Shown here: one piece after another, positions 59,801-64,000 of the stretch
Layout of the letters: each line of letters opens with the position of its first letter
Numbering within the stretch: the stretch's first letter is position 1
DNA from: Takakia lepidozioides
Lineage: Eukaryota; Plantae; Bryophyta
Length of the DNA: 64,000 nt
NCBI GenBank assembly: GCA_030704615.1
Contig: CM060731.1
Span: forward strand, 55,614,001-55,678,000
Direction of reading: 5' to 3'
Notes under the pieces: model-generated
Database searches by the model: none
Told to the model about the DNA's origin: nothing
The model's input: the letters and a program-made list of their open reading frames with translations, nothing else
Translations under genes and position numbers: made by a program

Positions 59801-62800
59801 ACTTACAATGTTTGCACTCACTCGTATTCCGGGTTCTCCTCCGCATCAATGTCCACTGTGTCTTCCTCGGACTCCGACGAATCCGAGGAGACTTCCGCTC
59901 TGTCGGGAGCCTTACATGCCGTGAGTACCGCAGGGTTTCCGTTGAAGTGAGGCTATGAGGGAGAGTTCCTTGGAACGTTGTTGAACAGAACGTCGTAATC
60001 GAGGGGTCGCAGTTCGGGTCAACCTTTCCTCCCTCCTCCTTCCGGAAAGCAAAGGTGGAGTTCTCCTTCACAAAGCAGTATGCATCGAACTGCTTCGTCT
60101 GCATACACAGGGGGAACGATTAGAAACCGAATGCGGCACCGCATTTGAAAACACCCAAGCAAATGAATGGACGAGTGCCAGTGTCGTAATCACCTTCTTC
60201 CCTTCCGACCAAAGGCCCAGTGTGTTGATGCACGTCCACTTCTTTTTCAGAATCGGGACGGCGCTCTTGCGGGTCCACTTCGCAATTCCTGTCTGAGTGT
60301 TTTTTCCTCTGCTCGCCAGGACAACCACACAGCCTCTGTCGTCCAAACACATGCGGGCAAGCCCGAATCCTTTCTTCCAAAAGTCCTCCGAGTACCTGTT
60401 CCAAGATGGCAAAGCTTGCAGTCCTTCCACAGGCTCTCCGTCCGGAATATCCAAGATGATCATATCGCAAGACCACTCGGTGGCATTTTCCGCCCCTCCT
60501 ACAATCCTTGTCTGCACACACCCTCTCAAAGAACGAGACCATATTCTGAAATCCTGGGGTGTCGGAAGGCTCTTCGGCAGTCGCCTTCTTCAGTGCTCTG
60601 CCCTTCAGACCCTCCATGGTCTTCATGTATGCCAACTTGGCTGCCCGTCCATCCAAAGCCGCCAAGAAACTCTCATTTACACACTGGACTACTGTTTCGG
60701 GAGCCACTTTCGGCCTCTTCATTTCCACCGGCTCGAAAGGGTGCCCCCCTGGGGGGTTGAAGAGTGCCTTCTTTGCCGAGCCAGTTCTCGTGCCTCTCGT
60801 GACAACGGTGGGCACAGGGGAGGCAGCCTGCGTTTGGGGGGGTGGGCTGGTTGCAAAGTCTCCATCGGAGTCCTCTTCCTCACCCTCTTCCTGAACAGGC
60901 TGTTTCTGCTTCTTCGTTTTGGCGGGTGTCACAACAGCTGCTCCTTGCTGGCGAGTCCTCTTCTTCGACCCCTTCTGTTGGGCCTGCACAGCTGCATCCA
61001 CCGTCTTTTGTGCCATCTCAGCTGCCTTTCTGGATTCTTCCAGAGCAGCAGATTCCTTTGCCGACTTTGGCCCAGCAGGGACACGTCTTTCCTTTCTCTT
61101 CTCTTCTGCCGCGTGCAGATCTTCTCAGACTCGTCAAAATACCGCCAGACATGTCCAGGTACCACGGGCATCCAACCAGATGCGCGGGATGCCATTGTTT
61201 CTGCATCTCGGGTGTGTAGACACAGCTTGGGCCCGCCACGGTCCAAGCCATGAAGAACGGGGGCTCTTGAGCCAGGGCCCCTGTCTGAAGGAGCACGTAT
61301 TTCATATACCTGCAAGGCAGTCAGCATGCGTGAGCAAAGTTGAGACCAACCTACTCGCAGAGTGCCACCAAAAAACATAAAATGCGAATGCGGTGCCGCA
61401 TTTCCAGACAAACCTCGTAACCAGGCTTTGCATACAAGGCAGCTGTGCTTCACCTGTAAACAATTCGCATTGCAGCTTTCCCGCTCCCTCCTGATGTGTA
61501 AACTCCACGCTCCTTCTTGCTGTCTGTAGCTCCTGGCGAAAAGGTTGTCTTTTGTACGCACATCTGAAACGTGTCACGTAGTCTTCCAATGTCTGTGTTC
61601 CATCCCATTTGACGTACAAGCCGAACGAATTTGTGTGCATTACGACTTGCTCCTTCGCATTCGACATTACCTGCGATTCCCAATGCATTGTCACGTAGCA
61701 GTTCAGGGAATTCATTTCAGAAAAGCAAATCTGGGGAAGTACCTTGAATTACCTGGAACCACCAAGTCATGCGGTTGAGCCACACATCCACTGCAGGGTC
61801 GGAAACTTCCAGTGGAAAAGACCACATTGTCCTTATGCTCTCGGATGCATTCCAGATCGACAGCCACCGTGTCTGCCATTTCCGATCCAATGTCAGGAGC
61901 TGGAAGAGAGTGGCTATTGCTAGGAAGGAACTTCAGTGCATTGAAACCTCACCTTCTCTTTCGCCTCAACACATGCCGTTGAGAGGTGATGCAGTTTCTC
62001 CAATTGCATGGTCGGCTGCATGGCCCGAGAATAGTGTTTTGCAATCTCGGGGATGAAGTCCTTTCCAAGTGCCGGATCTGCAATTGCCACCAGCTTCACA
62101 AGCTTTGACTTGTATTTGGTTCTGGACTTGACACCGGCTTCCTTCAAGTGCTCAGTCAATGACTGCAACGTTTTGACCTGCCCCTCACTTTCCATGAAGA
62201 AGCGTTTGGCATGGGCCAAATCCAGCTTGATGTTTGACTGCCAACAAAACATGCAGAAGCGTTACATTCGATTCATGTGGAAAGATTACTGGAAATTGGG
62301 GAAGGATGAGCAGAGGGAAATTGGAGGACGACTTACTTCGTATATCACCTCCACCATTCCATCCATAGTGAGACGATACCATGTCCGGTCTGTTTTTGCA
62401 ACGGCTTTCTGAATGAGCTCGGGCTCCAGCATTTCCGCAAACATCTGCGGATCAGTGAGACCAGTTTTCTCACCCTGTACAGCATATGTGCCATGTGGGT
62501 ATGCACGTACGCATTCTCAGTGACCCTGCAAGGCACACTCTCAGTTCAGTACACAGAAGCACGGAAACAAACCAGAATGGAAACCAAAATGCGGCACCGC
62601 ATTTCGAACGTGCTAGGGAGGGTATGAGTATCTTACGAGTTGAGGTCCGCCATGGCATTCTTGAGCAGGGAGGAGTCTGCCGCCTTCACCTTCAGGATGA
62701 CACACTCCACCATGTAATGCCAGCCAATGTGCTTGGCATGGTTCTGCTTGATGTACTCCCCACCAGGCAAGAAGTCGGTGATTCCCGTCCCACACAAAGA

Positions 62801-64000
62801 ACATTTTACCAGACATATGGCCGAAGTCTGGATCACCCTTCAGCGTCGCCTCGAATTCATCGTTGCGAGTGTGCCAGTGGGTATCCCACGTTGACAATTC
62901 ATCGGCAGTGGGTCCACGAGTTTCGCCGTCCTCATTCTCAATGGAAACGTAAAACGCTGCCGATCCCAGACGGTACCCTTCTCGAAATGCGAACTTGAGC
63001 TTATCCACATCTCCGGGAAGGGCCTGCCTGACGATGGGAAGGGAGACCATGCGACAGAGTGGGATTCGAAGAGTCCGCTGAATACCCTGCTGCCCAGAAC
63101 TCTGCCAATGCTACTGTGTCTCCTCCAACATTTTATCCGCTGCACTTTTGAAATCCTCCGGAGACATGTCTGTAGGTGCCGGTAGTGGCTGAGCAGCTGG
63201 AGCATCCTCAACTGGAGCTGCACTCTGGGGCCTGTTTGCGGGCAATTCTGCCATTACAGAGGCCTCCTCCGGGCCTGTTTGTGGGCAATTCTGCCATTAC
63301 AGAGGCCTCCTTCGGGCCTGCTTGCTCATCGGTGGTGAGGTCTTGCTGCGAACGTTCAGCGGCAGCACCCTCCTCCGGTACCAAATCGACAAAAACGGTC
63401 GATCCCATTGCCTTCGCTGCAGCAGAGACGGCCCCAACATCTGCAGGCGGGAAATCCTCCAGGAACTGAGCTTCAGCTCGTGGAAGCGGTTTTGCGGGAG
63501 ATTGTTCGGCCGTCGCCCTGATTGCCTTCTGCTTCCTCATCCTTGCAGGTGAAGGTGTCTGCTGCAATTGAATCTGTCTTTTACCCTGCTGCTTCATTCG
63601 CGTTGGGGGGGGTGAATCGGCCTGAGCCGGTTCAGAAACCAGTAGAGGGACGGGCTGCTTCTTCTTCGACTTTGTTGGAGAAGGGCCCGACCCCTGCTGG
63701 CGATTCTCCATGACCGAAGAACGCGAGTCGATCTCTGGGGCTTTGAACTTGCCCTTCGAAGCCGCGTCTTTGAAACGCACAGGGCTAGGCCCGGCAGGAA
63801 TACCCGCGCTCGGGGATCGGGTGGGTGTACGTGCTGCAGCTAGCTCCTCGGACTCTTCCTGCGGCTCTTCGGATTCCTGCGATCCCTCCAGCACGTCCAC
63901 CTTTCCTGTTAGGCATGCAAACATGTTCTGCATTCAAGTCTCCTAGCATTCAGTCTAAGAATTACAGAAGCAAAATGGGGGTTCGGTGCTCGATCAGCTG
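56831..64000 (-). mobile_element. Element X copy 4 (inverted; duplicate of copy 2), runs off the window
   Basis: Same terminus and deletions. The ParB exon is open through FAFREGY...DGNHR (62613-63050). Confidence 0.85.
63228..63311. repeat. ~42-bp tandem duplication in the low-complexity exon of X copies 2/4
   Basis: GGGCCTGTTTGYGGGCAATTCTGCCATTACAGAGGCCTCCT occurs twice. Also at ~45740-45820. Single in copy 1. Confidence 0.8.

Overview
Eukaryotic, almost certainly plant (inferred from short GT-AG introns, CAG>TAG decay and a non-chromovirus Ty3/gypsy lineage), transposon-only region with two 500-N gaps and no ordinary host gene. Two element classes are nested into each other. (1) A Ty3/gypsy LTR-retrotransposon family with ~1.0-kb TG..CA LTRs carrying CACAGCC micro-repeats, gag with three Zn knuckles, PR-RT-RH-INT, a 30-bp coding tandem repeat and a long extra 3' ORF (Athila-ORF/env-like plus coiled coil). 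It occurs as about seven fragmented copies, including a tandem pair that shares one LTR. (2) An unclassified element, here called 'element X', that ends in (GCTCATG)n-AAATAGCAGCCCCC. It carries a ~10-exon, ~1,400-aa gene whose spliced product joins a ParB/Sulfiredoxin-like domain (DGNHR) to a beta-class N6A/N4C amino-methyltransferase fold and an acidic tail. Downstream lie an array of ~15 helically phased 20-bp palindromes (GAAATGCGGNNCCGCATTTC) and a head-to-head pair of ~190-aa paralogous orphan genes centred on a hairpin. A related arm carries a SWIM Zn-finger ORF. Positions ~29180-46304 are repeated at ~46805-63794 across a gap, possibly as an assembly artefact. All domain calls come from motif recognition by eye, not database searches.
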